Below are positions 1-9,879 of a stretch of 64,000 nt of DNA, in pieces; position 1 is the first letter of the stretch; each line of letters starts with the position of its first letter. This stretch comes from Gammaproteobacteria bacterium (lineage in GTDB: Bacteria; Pseudomonadota; Gammaproteobacteria; Steroidobacterales; Foliamicaceae). The notes below the pieces were generated by a model that did not search any database, had not been told where the DNA came from, and saw nothing but the letters and a program-made list of their open reading frames with translations. Location: contig OY762064.1 in NCBI GenBank assembly GCA_963665145.1, positions 1,588,239 to 1,652,238 of the forward strand. Direction: 5' to 3'. A program made the translations under genes and the position numbers.

Positions 1-616
1 GGCCGAACGGCGCGCGGAACTTGAGGCGTTCGCGAAGGCCGGCATGTCTGCGCCGTCCGCGGAATTGCCGGCGGGCGCCCCGAGTGGCGGTTACACGCGA
101 GTCCGGCTGGCCGGGCGTTACGCGACTGACCGGCAGGTCCTGTTGGACAACATGACGCATGAGGGACTCCGGGGATATCACGTGCTCACACCTCTTTACA
201 CGGAAAGCGGCGTGGTCCTGGTCAACCGGGGCTTTGTTGCGGCCGGCATGGACCGCTCGAAATTGCCGGAAGTCGCCATTGGCGAGGACCACCGGGAAGT
301 CAGCGGCCTGACGGCTCCGCTGTTTCGTCCCGGCCTTCGGCTGGAAGAGCCGTTGACAGGCGATTCATGGCCCCGCAGGATGATCTACCCCACCGCCGGC
401 CAGCTTCGCGAACTGATCGATCGCCGGCTTGCCGATCAACAGGTGTTGCTGGCCGACTCGGAGCCGGACGGCTTCATCCGCGCGTGGGTTCCGTACGGAC
501 TCACGCCGGAGCGGCACCTGGCCTATGCCGTGCAGTGGTACGGCCTTGCAGCAGCGGCGATCGGTATCTGGCTGGCCGTCACCATCAAACGCAGGAGAGC
601 GCGCAATGCGGTCTAA
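1..616 (+). CDS. SURF1-family cytochrome oxidase assembly protein, 5'-partial (frame stays open to window edge)
   Basis: ORF 44..616 has no in-frame stop back to nt 2. Motifs GYHVLTPL and VLVNRGFV plus a C-terminal TM helix (YGLAAAAIGIWLAV) are typical of SURF1/Shy1. Confidence 0.7.
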   Translation, partial: AERRAELEAFAKAGMSAPSAELPAGAPSGGYTRVRLAGRYATDRQVLLDNMTHEGLRGYHVLTPLYTESGVVLVNRGFVAAGMDRSKLPEVAIGEDHREVSGLTAPLFRPGLRLEEPLTGDSWPRRMIYPTAGQLRELIDRRLADQQVLLADSEPDGFIRAWVPYGLTPERHLAYAVQWYGLAAAAIGIWLAVTIKRRRARNAV

Positions 617-1181
617 GACGAAACAATTGCAGATCATTGCCGTAGCGGCGCTGTTCCTGGTGCCGGTGCTGATTGCCTGGTTCCTGTATTCGGGCTCGGC
701 CGGCACCCGGTTCGGCCAGGACGCCCACGGGCTGCTGGTTGACCCGCCGGTCGAACTCGGCGAAATGACCCTGCCGGCCGGAGGGGACGCAGGGCCCGAG
801 GCTCAGCTGACCGGCCGCTGGTCCTTCCTGTACCTTCAGCAGGGAACTTGCGAGCAAGCCTGCGAGGAGGCGCTGATCCGAATGCGCCAGGTCCGGCTGG
901 CGCTCGGCAAGGACGCGGACCGGGTGCAGCGCGTGTTCCTGCCGCTGGAAAACGACGCGGGTCGCGACAGGCTGACGGGGGCGTTTCCGGGTATGGCGTT
1001 CGTGCCGCAAGATTCACCGGGCCGGGCGGCGCTTCAGCAACGTATCGGACCCCGGCAGCCCGGGGAGATCCTGTTGGTGGATCCGCTCGGAAACCTGATC
1101 CTGAGCTACCCGCCGGGGCTGGACCCCGACGGCCTGTTCCGGGACGCAAAGCACCTGCTGAGACTGTCGAAGATCGGCTGA
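606..1181 (+). CDS. membrane-anchored hypothetical protein with CxxxC motif (thioredoxin/SCO-like?), follows SURF1
   Basis: Internal ATG at 606 of ORF 429..1181 gives MRSKTKQLQIIAVAALFLVPVLIAWFLY (an N-terminal TM anchor). A CEQAC motif is present. The start overlaps the SURF1 3' end by 11 nt. Confidence 0.5.
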   Translation: MRSKTKQLQIIAVAALFLVPVLIAWFLYSGSAGTRFGQDAHGLLVDPPVELGEMTLPAGGDAGPEAQLTGRWSFLYLQQGTCEQACEEALIRMRQVRLALGKDADRVQRVFLPLENDAGRDRLTGAFPGMAFVPQDSPGRAALQQRIGPRQPGEILLVDPLGNLILSYPPGLDPDGLFRDAKHLLRLSKIG

Positions 1182-1227
1182 CGCCAGTCGTTTCGCCTCA
1201 GCGGCACCAGGCCCGAGCCCGGCACTC

Positions 1228-3378
1228 ATGGATGCAAGCCATATTCTTGACCCTCTGAATACCGCTCAACGCGAGGCGGTCACGGCGGGCGAGCAGCCGG
1301 TGCTGGTGCTGGCCGGCGCCGGCAGCGGCAAGACCCGGGTGCTGGTGCATCGCGCCGCCTGGCTGGTCAGCGCGCACGGCGCATCGCCCTGGAACCTGTT
1401 CGCCGTGACCTTCACGAACAAGGCCGCCAACGAAATGCGCATGCGCATCGAGGCGCTTCTGCAGACACCGACCCGGCAGCTGTGGATCGGTACGTTCCAC
1501 GGCCTTGCGCACCGGCTGCTCAGACGGCACTACGGCGAGGCGGGCCTGCGCCAGGATTTCCAGATTCTCGACTCGACGGATCAGCTGCGACTGATCAAGC
1601 GGCTGCTGAAGGACGAACGGGTGGACGAACAGATGATTGCGCCCCAGTCGCTGCAGTACTTCATTTCCGGCGCCAAGGAAGCCGGGCTGCGCCCGGAGCA
1701 GGTGCCCGCCGGTTCGGCGCCCTACGGCGAGGAACGAAAGCAGCTCTACGAGCTCTATCAGCAACGCTGCGAAGCTTACGGGCTGGTGGACTTCGGCGAG
1801 CTGCTGGTGCGCTCGGCGTCACTATGGCAAGACAACCCGCAACTGCTGGCACGCTACCGTGAGCGCTTTCGCTGGCTGCTGGTGGACGAGTTTCAGGACA
1901 CCAACGGCATCCAGTACAGCTGGCTGAAGCAATTGGGCGGGACCACCGGCATACCGTTCGCCGTAGGCGATGACGACCAGTCCATCTACCGCTGGCGCGG
2001 CGCGCAGGTCGAGAACATCCGCCGCTACACGCGTGATTTCAAGGATGTGCGCATGGTCCGCCTGGAGCGCAACTACCGGTCCACGGCAACCATCCTCAAG
2101 GCCGCCAACGCGGTGATTGCAAACAACGCTTCGCGGTTCAGCAAGAAACTGTGGACCAGGGGCGACGAGGGTACGCCCGTGCGCCTTTTTGCCGCGTACA
2201 ACGAATGGGACGAGGCCAACCACATCGTGTCCCGTGTCCGCTCGCATTCCGGCGATTCCTTGAGCGAACTGGCGGTGCTCTACCGTTCCAACGTGCAGTC
2301 GCGGGTGTTTGAGGAAGCGCTGGTCGGCGCCGGCATCCCCTACCGGGTTTACGGCGGACTGCGCTTCTTCGAGCGGGCCGAGATCAAGAACGCACTGGCC
2401 TACCTTCGGCTGGTCGCCAACCGCGGCGACGACCCTTCCTTCGAGCGGGTGGTGAACAACCCGCCGCGCCGTATCGGCGAGGCCACCCTGCGCAGCGTCC
2501 GCGGCCATGCGAGGCGCAACAGCCTGACGATGTGGGATGCCGCCGGGCATGCCGAAAAGTACCTGAACGCCCGAGCCGCCGGTGCGCTCTGCGGCTTTCT
2601 CACCCTGATCGATTCTCTGGCGTCGCAGGTTGCGGACCTGGAGCTGGCCGAACAGGTAACTCGGGTGGTGCGCGGCAGCGGGCTGCCGGAACGCCTGGCG
2701 GCTTCCGGCAGCGAAACGGACCGGATGCGCGCCGACAATCTGGATGAGCTGGTCAACGCGGCGCAGATGATCGCAGATTCCATGCAGGAACAGCCGCTTT
2801 CGCCACTCAACGCCTTCCTGGCCCACGCGGCGCTGGAGAGCGGCGAGGACCGTGGCGGCGACAGCGAGGACGCCGTGCAACTGATGACCATGCACGCCGC
2901 CAAGGGGCTGGAATTCCCGGTGGTGTTCCTGACCGGAATGGAAGAAGGGCTGTTCCCCCACAGCCGCTCCATGCAGAACGAGGACGAGCTGGAAGAGGAA
3001 CGAAGGCTTTGCTACGTGGGAATCACCCGGGCCATGAAGGAGCTCCACCTGAGTTACGCGGAAGTCCGGCGGCTCAGGGGCCAGGAGCACCGCAACCGGC
3101 CTTCGCGCTTTCTTTCGGAAATCCCGGTGGAGTTGCTTGAGGAAGTGCGCCCGTCCCCCAACATCTCGCTTCCCGTGCGCATGGGCGGAGCGTCACAGGC
3201 GGACTCAAGTCCGGAGGCGGGACCGGGATTGGGTCAGCGCGTTACACATCCAAAATTCGGCGACGGGGTCGTGCTGAACCGGGAAGGCACAGGCGAACAT
3301 GCCCGCGTACAGGTGAACTTCGAGAAGCACGGACCAAAATGGCTTGTTGTGGCCTATGCACGCCTGGAATTGATATAG
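1228..3378 (+). CDS. uvrD: DNA helicase II UvrD
   Basis: 716 aa. Walker A is AGAGSGKTRV. UvrD/Rep/PcrA motifs are present throughout. The C-terminus KFGDGVV..VNFEKHGPKWLVVAYARLELI matches the characteristic UvrD tail. Confidence 0.9.
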   Translation: MDASHILDPLNTAQREAVTAGEQPVLVLAGAGSGKTRVLVHRAAWLVSAHGASPWNLFAVTFTNKAANEMRMRIEALLQTPTRQLWIGTFHGLAHRLLRRHYGEAGLRQDFQILDSTDQLRLIKRLLKDERVDEQMIAPQSLQYFISGAKEAGLRPEQVPAGSAPYGEERKQLYELYQQRCEAYGLVDFGELLVRSASLWQDNPQLLARYRERFRWLLVDEFQDTNGIQYSWLKQLGGTTGIPFAVGDDDQSIYRWRGAQVENIRRYTRDFKDVRMVRLERNYRSTATILKAANAVIANNASRFSKKLWTRGDEGTPVRLFAAYNEWDEANHIVSRVRSHSGDSLSELAVLYRSNVQSRVFEEALVGAGIPYRVYGGLRFFERAEIKNALAYLRLVANRGDDPSFERVVNNPPRRIGEATLRSVRGHARRNSLTMWDAAGHAEKYLNARAAGALCGFLTLIDSLASQVADLELAEQVTRVVRGSGLPERLAASGSETDRMRADNLDELVNAAQMIADSMQEQPLSPLNAFLAHAALESGEDRGGDSEDAVQLMTMHAAKGLEFPVVFLTGMEEGLFPHSRSMQNEDELEEERRLCYVGITRAMKELHLSYAEVRRLRGQEHRNRPSRFLSEIPVELLEEVRPSPNISLPVRMGGASQADSSPEAGPGLGQRVTHPKFGDGVVLNREGTGEHARVQVNFEKHGPKWLVVAYARLELI

Positions 3379-3424
3379 TGCGACCTGGTGTCGGATCACG
3401 ACACTGGCCGATGCGCTTGAACTA

Positions 3425-4807
3425 ATGAAAATTCTGATCCTCGGGGCCGGCGTCGTGGGCTCCACGACTGCCGAGCGTCTGTCCCGCGAGCCCGAAAACG
3501 AGATCACTGTGGTGGATCTCGACTCCAATATCCTGCGGGCCATTCACGAAAGAATGGATGTTCGCACCGTGGCCGGCCACGCTTCGCATCCCGCGGTGCT
3601 GGACCACGCCGGCGCCGGCGACGCGGACCTGATAGCGGCGCTCACCGGCAACGACGAGGTCAACATGGTGGCCTGCCAGGTCGTGCATTCACGCTACGGC
3701 GAACACGAACCGGGCGCCCGGACCCGCACCAAGATCTGCCGTCTGAGCTACACCCAGTACACCAGCGTGGATGCGCTGTTCGGGCCCGAGGGCCTGCCCG
3801 TCGAGGTGGTCATTGCTCCGGAAGACCTGATCACACGTTACGTGGAACAGGTCATTCGCTATCCCGGAGCGTTTCAGGTGCTTGAGTTCTCCGACGGCCG
3901 CGCACTCTTGCTGGGCGCGCGCGCCCAGACCGGATCATGGCTGGTGGGACGAACCCCGGCGGCACTTGCCGATCGCAAGATCACCGGCCGGATCGCGGCG
4001 GTTTACCGGGGCGGACGGCCCCGAACGGTCGACGGGCAAACCGTCATTGAAGACGGCGACGAGGTGTTCTTCATTGCCGGTGGCGAACACGTCAGGAAAC
4101 TGCTCGAAGCGCTAAGGCCCGAACAGCAGGAAGTGCGCAACGTCATGATCGCCGGAGGCGGCAACATCGGGCTGAAGGTGGCGGAGTCCCTGCAGAATCG
4201 CTTCCAGGTCAAGCTGATCGAGCGCTCCGCCAAGCGGGCCCAGCAAGTCGCCGAGCGGCTCAGCCGCGTCATCGTGCTGCACGGCGATGCCACCCACGAG
4301 GAGCTCCTGATCGAGGAGAACATCGAACGCATGGATGCATTCGTGGCGCTGATGAACGCCGACGAGGCCAACCTGCTCGCCGCCGGCCTGGCCAAGCGGG
4401 CCGGCTGCAAGCGCGTGATGGCGCTGGCCAACCGGCCAGCCTACGCCTCGCTGGCCGGGCAGATGGGGATCGACGTTCCGATCTCGCCCGACCAGATCAC
4501 GATCAGCGAGCTGCTTCGGCATATCCGCCACGGCGACGTCGTCAAGGTGCACTCGCTGCGCTTCGGCAGGGCCGAAGCCATCGAGGGCGTGGCCCATACC
4601 AGCGCCGGACGGAGAGCGCTGGTCGGGCGCGCGGTGGGCGAGATCAATCTGCCGCACGGCACATCGATCAGCGCGATCGTGCGCTCCGGCGAAGTGCTGG
4701 CGTTCAACCGGGACACGACGGTGCGTGATGACGACCACGTGATCCTGTTCATGACCAACCCGCGGGCCAAGGCCCAGGTCGAACAACTGTTCGAGAACGG
4801 CGCCTGA
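3425..4807 (+). CDS. trkA: Trk potassium uptake system NAD-binding subunit TrkA
   Basis: 460 aa. It has two Rossmann repeats (MKILILGAGVVG.. and NVMIAGGGNIGLKVA..) with RCK_C-like segments, giving the length and architecture of TrkA. Confidence 0.9.
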   Translation: MKILILGAGVVGSTTAERLSREPENEITVVDLDSNILRAIHERMDVRTVAGHASHPAVLDHAGAGDADLIAALTGNDEVNMVACQVVHSRYGEHEPGARTRTKICRLSYTQYTSVDALFGPEGLPVEVVIAPEDLITRYVEQVIRYPGAFQVLEFSDGRALLLGARAQTGSWLVGRTPAALADRKITGRIAAVYRGGRPRTVDGQTVIEDGDEVFFIAGGEHVRKLLEALRPEQQEVRNVMIAGGGNIGLKVAESLQNRFQVKLIERSAKRAQQVAERLSRVIVLHGDATHEELLIEENIERMDAFVALMNADEANLLAAGLAKRAGCKRVMALANRPAYASLAGQMGIDVPISPDQITISELLRHIRHGDVVKVHSLRFGRAEAIEGVAHTSAGRRALVGRAVGEINLPHGTSISAIVRSGEVLAFNRDTTVRDDDHVILFMTNPRAKAQVEQLFENGA

Positions 4808-4826
4808 AGCGGCACAGGGCACGGCC

Positions 4827-6278
4827 ATGCAATTTGCGCTAGTCGGCAGCGTTCTGGGGCGTCTGCTGATGCTGTTCAGCGTCACCATGCTGACCCCGGT
4901 TCCGGTAGACCTGTACTTCGGTGACGGGAGCTGGTCGGCGTTCGCGCTCAGTTTCGGAGCGGCCCTGACGGCCGGGTTCCTGATCTGGCTGCCGTTCCGC
5001 CGCACCGAAGGCGAGTTGAAACTGCGCGACGGCTTCCTGATCGTGGCCTTGTTCTGGGTGGTGCTGGGAAGCTTCGGCGCTGCGCCGCTGCATTTCGGCA
5101 CCGATCCGGAACTGTCGTTTACCGACGCCATGTTCGAGGCCATATCGGGGCTGACGACCACCGGCGCCACCGTCTTGACGGGACTGGACGAAATGCCCAG
5201 GGCAGTCCTCTACTACCGCCAACAGCTGCAATGGCTGGGGGGCCTGGGAATCGTCGTGCTGGCGGTGGCGGTGCTTCCCATGCTGGGAGTGGGCGGAATG
5301 CAGCTTTACCGCGCGGAGACTCCGGGACCGATGAAGGACAATCGGCTGACCCCGCGCATCAAGGAGACCGCCAAGGCGCTGTGGTACATCTATTGCGCAC
5401 TGACCGCGGCCTGCGGACTGGCCTATTTCCTGGCGGGCATGGACGTTTTCGACGCCGTTTCGCACGCCTTCTCCACCGTCGCCATCGGCGGTTTTTCGAC
5501 CCACGACGCCAGCTTCGCCCATTTCCCGCAGACCGGAATCCGGCTGATCGCGGTGGTTTTCATGTTTCTCGCCGGGATCAATTTCTCGCTGCACTTCGTC
5601 GCCTTCAACCGCCGGACCCTCGCAGGTTATTTAAGAGACGCGGAATTCCGCGCCTATGGCCTTACCCTGCTGGCGCTGTGCGTGATCGTCGTGGGCGGCC
5701 TGCTGGCCTGGGGCTGGTACAAGGACCCCCAGCTCGCGCTGATCGACGGCCTGTTCCAGTCCGTTTCCATCATGACGACTACGGGTTTCACTACCGCCGA
5801 CTTCTCGCTGTGGCCCGGCCTTATCCCGATGTTGCTGATCCTGTCCGCATTCATGGGCGGCTGCGCGGGGTCCACGGCCGGCGGCATGAAGTGTGTGCGC
5901 GTGCTGTTGCTGGTAAAGCAGGGCATACGGGAAGTGCGCCGGCTGGTGCATCCGAGCGCCGAGATACCGGTGACGCTGGGCGACACGCCGATCTCCACGC
6001 GCGTTGTTGATTCCGTGTGGGGCTTCTTTGCTGTTTACGTGGCCGTGTTCATCGTGATCCTGATCATTCTGGAAGCCGTGGGGCTCGATTCGCTGACCGC
6101 TTTCTCCGCGGTGGCGGCCACCCTCAACAACCTGGGACCGGGACTGGGCGAGGTTGCCTCGGGATACGGCGGTCTCGGTGTTACCGCCAAATGGGCCTGT
6201 ATCGTGGCCATGCTGCTGGGCCGCCTGGAGATCTTTACCTTCCTGGTGCTGTTGTCGCCGACCTTCTGGCGCCCCTGA
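4827..6278 (+). CDS. trkH: Trk potassium uptake system membrane subunit TrkH
   Basis: 483 aa polytopic membrane protein with repeated pore-loop motifs (SGLTTTGATV, TTTGFTT, NNLGPGLG), directly downstream of trkA. Confidence 0.85.
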   Translation: MQFALVGSVLGRLLMLFSVTMLTPVPVDLYFGDGSWSAFALSFGAALTAGFLIWLPFRRTEGELKLRDGFLIVALFWVVLGSFGAAPLHFGTDPELSFTDAMFEAISGLTTTGATVLTGLDEMPRAVLYYRQQLQWLGGLGIVVLAVAVLPMLGVGGMQLYRAETPGPMKDNRLTPRIKETAKALWYIYCALTAACGLAYFLAGMDVFDAVSHAFSTVAIGGFSTHDASFAHFPQTGIRLIAVVFMFLAGINFSLHFVAFNRRTLAGYLRDAEFRAYGLTLLALCVIVVGGLLAWGWYKDPQLALIDGLFQSVSIMTTTGFTTADFSLWPGLIPMLLILSAFMGGCAGSTAGGMKCVRVLLLVKQGIREVRRLVHPSAEIPVTLGDTPISTRVVDSVWGFFAVYVAVFIVILIILEAVGLDSLTAFSAVAATLNNLGPGLGEVASGYGGLGVTAKWACIVAMLLGRLEIFTFLVLLSPTFWRP

Positions 6279-6326
6279 CCGAGAGCATGGCCGGCAAACA
6301 AGATTGGAGCGAGGGGTGTTAATCGA

Positions 6327-6878
6327 ATGCTAAGGCTGGCCGCCTGGGTGGAAGGCCTGATTGTTCGAATCGGCCGGGCGGTCGCCTGGCTGGTCTTCAT
6401 CATGGCCGTCGTGACCTGCCTGGTGGCATTGCTGCGCTACGGCCTCAGCCTGGGCTGGATCTGGCTCCAGGAAACCATCACCTGGATGCACGCCGCGGTG
6501 TTCCTGCTGGCGGCGGGCTACACGCTGGCCCGCGACGGGCATGTGCGGGTGGACATCTTCTACCGGGGCATGAGCCCGAGACGCCAGGCGCTGGTCAACC
6601 TCTTCGGTTGCCTGATCTTCCTGTTGCCCCTTTCCGCAGGCCTGGTGGCGGTAAGTCTCGACTATGTGGAGACCTCGTGGCGGATACACGAGTCCTCGCG
6701 CGAAGCCGGCGGACTGGTCTATCCCTTCCCTTCGCTGCTGAAGACGCTGATCCCGGTAACGGGCGGGCTCCTCGGTCTGCAGGCGCTGGTCATCTCGGTA
6801 CGCTCCGCGGCCCTGCTTCTGGGCGTGAAAGACGCGCAAGGGGATACCACCGACAGTATTCCGGGGGCGGGAATCTAG
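6327..6878 (+). CDS. dctQ: TRAP transporter small permease (DctQ-type)
   Basis: 183 aa with four predicted TM helices. It lies immediately upstream (3-nt gap) of a DctM-type large permease. Confidence 0.75.
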   Translation: MLRLAAWVEGLIVRIGRAVAWLVFIMAVVTCLVALLRYGLSLGWIWLQETITWMHAAVFLLAAGYTLARDGHVRVDIFYRGMSPRRQALVNLFGCLIFLLPLSAGLVAVSLDYVETSWRIHESSREAGGLVYPFPSLLKTLIPVTGGLLGLQALVISVRSAALLLGVKDAQGDTTDSIPGAGI

Positions 6879-6881
6879 GCG

Positions 6882-8264
6882 ATGTACTGGCCGGCCTTCG
6901 CAATGTTCGCCTGCGTGGTGCTCCTGCTGCTGGCGGGCTTCCCGGTGGCCTTCACACTCGGCGGAACGGCATTGCTGTTCGCCCTGGGGGGCGCCCTGGC
7001 CGGCGTGTTCGACGTGTCGTTTCTGGGCACCATGCCCAACCGGCTGTTCGGGATCATGAGCAATGAGACCCTGGTGGCCGTTCCACTGTTCGTGTTCATG
7101 GGCGTGACCCTTGAGCGGGCCCACATCGCCGAGGACCTGCTGGACGCCTTGAGCCGCATGTTCGGCGGACTGCGCGGCGGATTGGGCATCGCCGTCATCA
7201 TCGTGGGCATGCTGCTGGCGGCCAGCACCGGCATCGTGGGGGCCACGGTCATCACCATGGGGCTGCTGGCGCTGCCCACCATGCTGAAGCGCGGCTACGA
7301 CCCGGCGGTGGCCACGGGCGTAATCAACGCTTCGGGCACGCTGGGCCAGATCATTCCCCCGTCGATCGTGCTGGTGCTGCTGGGCGACGTGCTTTCCTCC
7401 GCCTACCAGGAGGCCCAACTTGCCCAGGGCGTATTCGCCCCGCGGACCGTATCCGTAGGCGACCTGTTCATGGGCGCGCTCCTGCCGGGCCTGATGCTGG
7501 TCGGCTTGTACGCGGCCTGGATATTGACCCTGGCCGTGTTTCGTCCAGCATCCGTCCCCGCTCGCCAGGGCGCCGGTGAGAGTGGACAAGCGCCGGTGCG
7601 CCCGGTCCAGTTTCTGATGGCGCTCGCGCCGCCGCTGCTTCTGATCGCAGCGGTGCTCGGGTCGATCATACTGGGGCTGGCCACCCCCACCGAAGCTGCC
7701 GGCGTGGGCGCGGTCGGCGCAATGCTCCTGGCGTTTGCGCGTCGCGAACTGAACTTCAGGCGCATCGGCGAGATCTCCCGCACCACGGCGCGGGTCAGCA
7801 GCATGGTGTTCCTGATCCTGGTGGGCGCCTCGCTGTTCTCGCTGGTCTTTCGCGGCTACGGCGGTGACGAGGTGGTGCGCGAGTTCCTGATGTCCTTGCC
7901 CGGCGGAGTGTTCGGAGCGGTGGTGCTGGTCATGCTGCTGATGTTCCTGCTCGGGTTCGTGCTCGACTTCATCGAGATCACCTTCGTCGTGGTGCCGATC
8001 GTCGGGCCGGTGCTTTTGGCCATGGGTCTGGATCCCGTATGGCTGGGCGTGATGATCGCCATCAACCTGCAGACGTCCTTCCTTACGCCGCCGTTCGGTT
8101 TTGCGCTGTTCTACCTTCGCGGCGTGGCTCCGCCGGAGGTGCCCACGAGCGCGATCTACCGTGGCGTCATTCCGTTCATTGCCGTACAGATCGTGGCGCT
8201 TGCGCTGCTGGCGCTTTTCCCCGAGATCGCGACCTGGCTGCCCAAGGCGTTGTACGGAGGGTAA
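6882..8264 (+). CDS. dctM: TRAP transporter large permease (DctM-type)
   Basis: 460 aa polytopic membrane protein, DctM-like over its whole length (e.g. FVFMG...LERA, GTLGQIIPPSIVLV, LQTSFLTPPFGFALFYLRG). Confidence 0.85.
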   Translation: MYWPAFAMFACVVLLLLAGFPVAFTLGGTALLFALGGALAGVFDVSFLGTMPNRLFGIMSNETLVAVPLFVFMGVTLERAHIAEDLLDALSRMFGGLRGGLGIAVIIVGMLLAASTGIVGATVITMGLLALPTMLKRGYDPAVATGVINASGTLGQIIPPSIVLVLLGDVLSSAYQEAQLAQGVFAPRTVSVGDLFMGALLPGLMLVGLYAAWILTLAVFRPASVPARQGAGESGQAPVRPVQFLMALAPPLLLIAAVLGSIILGLATPTEAAGVGAVGAMLLAFARRELNFRRIGEISRTTARVSSMVFLILVGASLFSLVFRGYGGDEVVREFLMSLPGGVFGAVVLVMLLMFLLGFVLDFIEITFVVVPIVGPVLLAMGLDPVWLGVMIAINLQTSFLTPPFGFALFYLRGVAPPEVPTSAIYRGVIPFIAVQIVALALLALFPEIATWLPKALYGG

Positions 8265-8358
8265 GCCTCACGCGCTCCGTGTCGCCGCCGTGCGGTTGTA
8301 ATGCATGCAGAAACGCATTACTATTTCCACAAAATACCGAATAAAGTAAGGATGAGTC

Positions 8359-8616
8359 ATGGAGACGGCAAAAATCACCAGCAAGGGGCAAATTACGATT
8401 CCGAAAGCGGTCAGGTCGCGAATGGCCGTGGGCGCCGGCGACCGGCTGGCGTTCGAGTTTGATGGTAAGGGAGTCTTGCGCGTGTCGCCCCTGCGGGGCA
8501 CACAAGCCCCATTGCGGGGATTCCTCGCAGAGCACGTTGCAGGCAAGCAAGTCGGCGATGGCGGCATTCGGAGTGCCTTGCGCCTGCGAGCCGCCCGAAA
8601 GCACAAGCGGAAGTGA
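8359..8616 (+). CDS. vapB: AbrB/SpoVT-family antitoxin (VapB-like)
   Basis: 85 aa. KITSKGQITIPKAVRSRM is the AbrB/SpoVT swapped-hairpin signature. The 3' end overlaps the downstream PIN gene by 4 nt. Confidence 0.75.
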   Translation: METAKITSKGQITIPKAVRSRMAVGAGDRLAFEFDGKGVLRVSPLRGTQAPLRGFLAEHVAGKQVGDGGIRSALRLRAARKHKRK

Positions 8617-9011
8617 TTGCATTCGACACCAATCTTTTGCTGCGCCTGCTGTTGAACGACCACCCGGAGCAAGCGCGCAAAGCCGAGGAGCTTCTGCAAC
8701 GGACTGTGGCGGCAGCCGAGCGCGTTCTTTTGACGGACATTGTGTTGTGTGAGTTGGAGTGGGTGCTGGAAACGGTCTATAACTTTCGCAGAATCGAGAT
8801 CGTACGAACTCTGCGCCGGCTGCTTGCGGCCGACGAATTCGCATTCATGAATCGCGCCGCTGTGGCCGCCTCGATTGCGCAATACGCAAGCGGCAAGGCG
8901 GATTTTTCCGACTACCTGATTGGCGAGACCGCCTCGGCAGCCGGCTCGGTCACAACCTACACATTTGACCGCGAACTGGCGCGCAGCCCGGGTTTCAGCC
9001 GCACCGGCTGA
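8613..9011 (+). CDS. vapC: PIN-domain toxin (VapC-like)
   Basis: 132 aa. The N-terminal FDTNLLLRLL carries the first acidic PIN residue. Size and coupling to an AbrB antitoxin fit VapC. Confidence 0.8.
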   Translation: MIAFDTNLLLRLLLNDHPEQARKAEELLQRTVAAAERVLLTDIVLCELEWVLETVYNFRRIEIVRTLRRLLAADEFAFMNRAAVAASIAQYASGKADFSDYLIGETASAAGSVTTYTFDRELARSPGFSRTG

Positions 9012-9261
9012 GCGTCGCTACGCTCCCTTCACGGGGAGCGCGCAACCCCCGTCAGGGTAAACTCCAAACTGGACACTTCCATTTGTCCGGAACAGGCCCC
9101 AGGGACTTTTGATAGCCCACTGGTTGAATAGGATCATTTTAGGCTGAACCGCTCCCTCGCGCTGAAACGATTTGAGCAATAAAGGACGGCTGGGCTGGCG
9201 AACAAGGATGTGCTTATCAGCGTCCTTCAGCATGAGGGACCGAATCAGGCAGACATGCGGA

Positions 9262-9852
9262 TCAGGTCTTCCGTTTCAGCTCGAGAGTAATCGAGTTCTC
9301 ATCGGTTAACTCGCCATCGGTCGCGCTGCCCCAGCGGGTCGTAAGGCGATCCTCCCCGCGAAAAATGTACTCCCCGTGGCGCACCTCGCCATGAAAGATG
9401 TGTTCCGCCGTGTGGTCGTCATCAGGCAAAGGCTTGCCGGCAGCGCCTTCAAAGCTGAGATACAGGAAGTTCTCATCGTCGGTTAACCGCACCTGCGCTC
9501 GCGGCTGGTTGGCGGTTTCGCAGTAGTGCGTCAGGATCACCCGTTCGCCCTCGACCTGGTACATGTTGATCGATTCGTGGCCATCCGGGTTATCGGGAAA
9601 CACCCCCTCCATTACCATCGAGGCCCCGCCTGAGGGCGTGACCCGGAATCGGGAGACAATCACGCCGGTTTCCGCTCCGTTCTCATCCAGAAGCGCCCAA
9701 TCGCCTTCAAGCCTGGAAAGCCAGGCCATGATGTCCTTGGGCTGCCCTTCCCGAACGGCCGGTTTGTCGGCTGAGCCTTCCGCGCCCCCAGCCGCCGGGC
9801 CGAAGAAGAGGCCTGCGGCCACCAACGCCGCTCCAGCAATTGTATTTCTCAC
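9262..9852 (-). CDS. secreted hypothetical protein, last gene of the MacAB-type operon
   Basis: 196 aa with an N-terminal signal-like segment MRNTIAGAALVAAGLFFGPAAGGAEG. It lies 27 nt downstream of macB on the same strand. I could not name a family. Confidence 0.5.
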   Translation of the reverse strand: MRNTIAGAALVAAGLFFGPAAGGAEGSADKPAVREGQPKDIMAWLSRLEGDWALLDENGAETGVIVSRFRVTPSGGASMVMEGVFPDNPDGHESINMYQVEGERVILTHYCETANQPRAQVRLTDDENFLYLSFEGAAGKPLPDDDHTAEHIFHGEVRHGEYIFRGEDRLTTRWGSATDGELTDENSITLELKRKT

Positions 9853-9879
9853 TGCAATTCTCCTGTACGGTTATGTGAA

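Noticed and set aside
1822-3090. 422-aa ORF antisense to uvrD, with similar long antisense ORFs at 4112-5170, 6330-7589, 19154-20131, 26617-27825, 27762-29081, 31834-34380 (848 aa), 38125-39219, 47142-48107 and 47309-48598
   Set aside because: Each lies entirely opposite a gene with strong family motifs. Their translations are Arg/Ala/Gly/Pro-rich low-complexity sequence with no recognisable domains, which is typical of stop-poor shadow frames in high-GC DNA.
9018-9233. 71-aa minus-strand ORF in the lower-GC gap between vapC and the secreted-protein gene
   Set aside because: It has no start context and no recognisable motif. It is probably a gene fragment or intergenic DNA.
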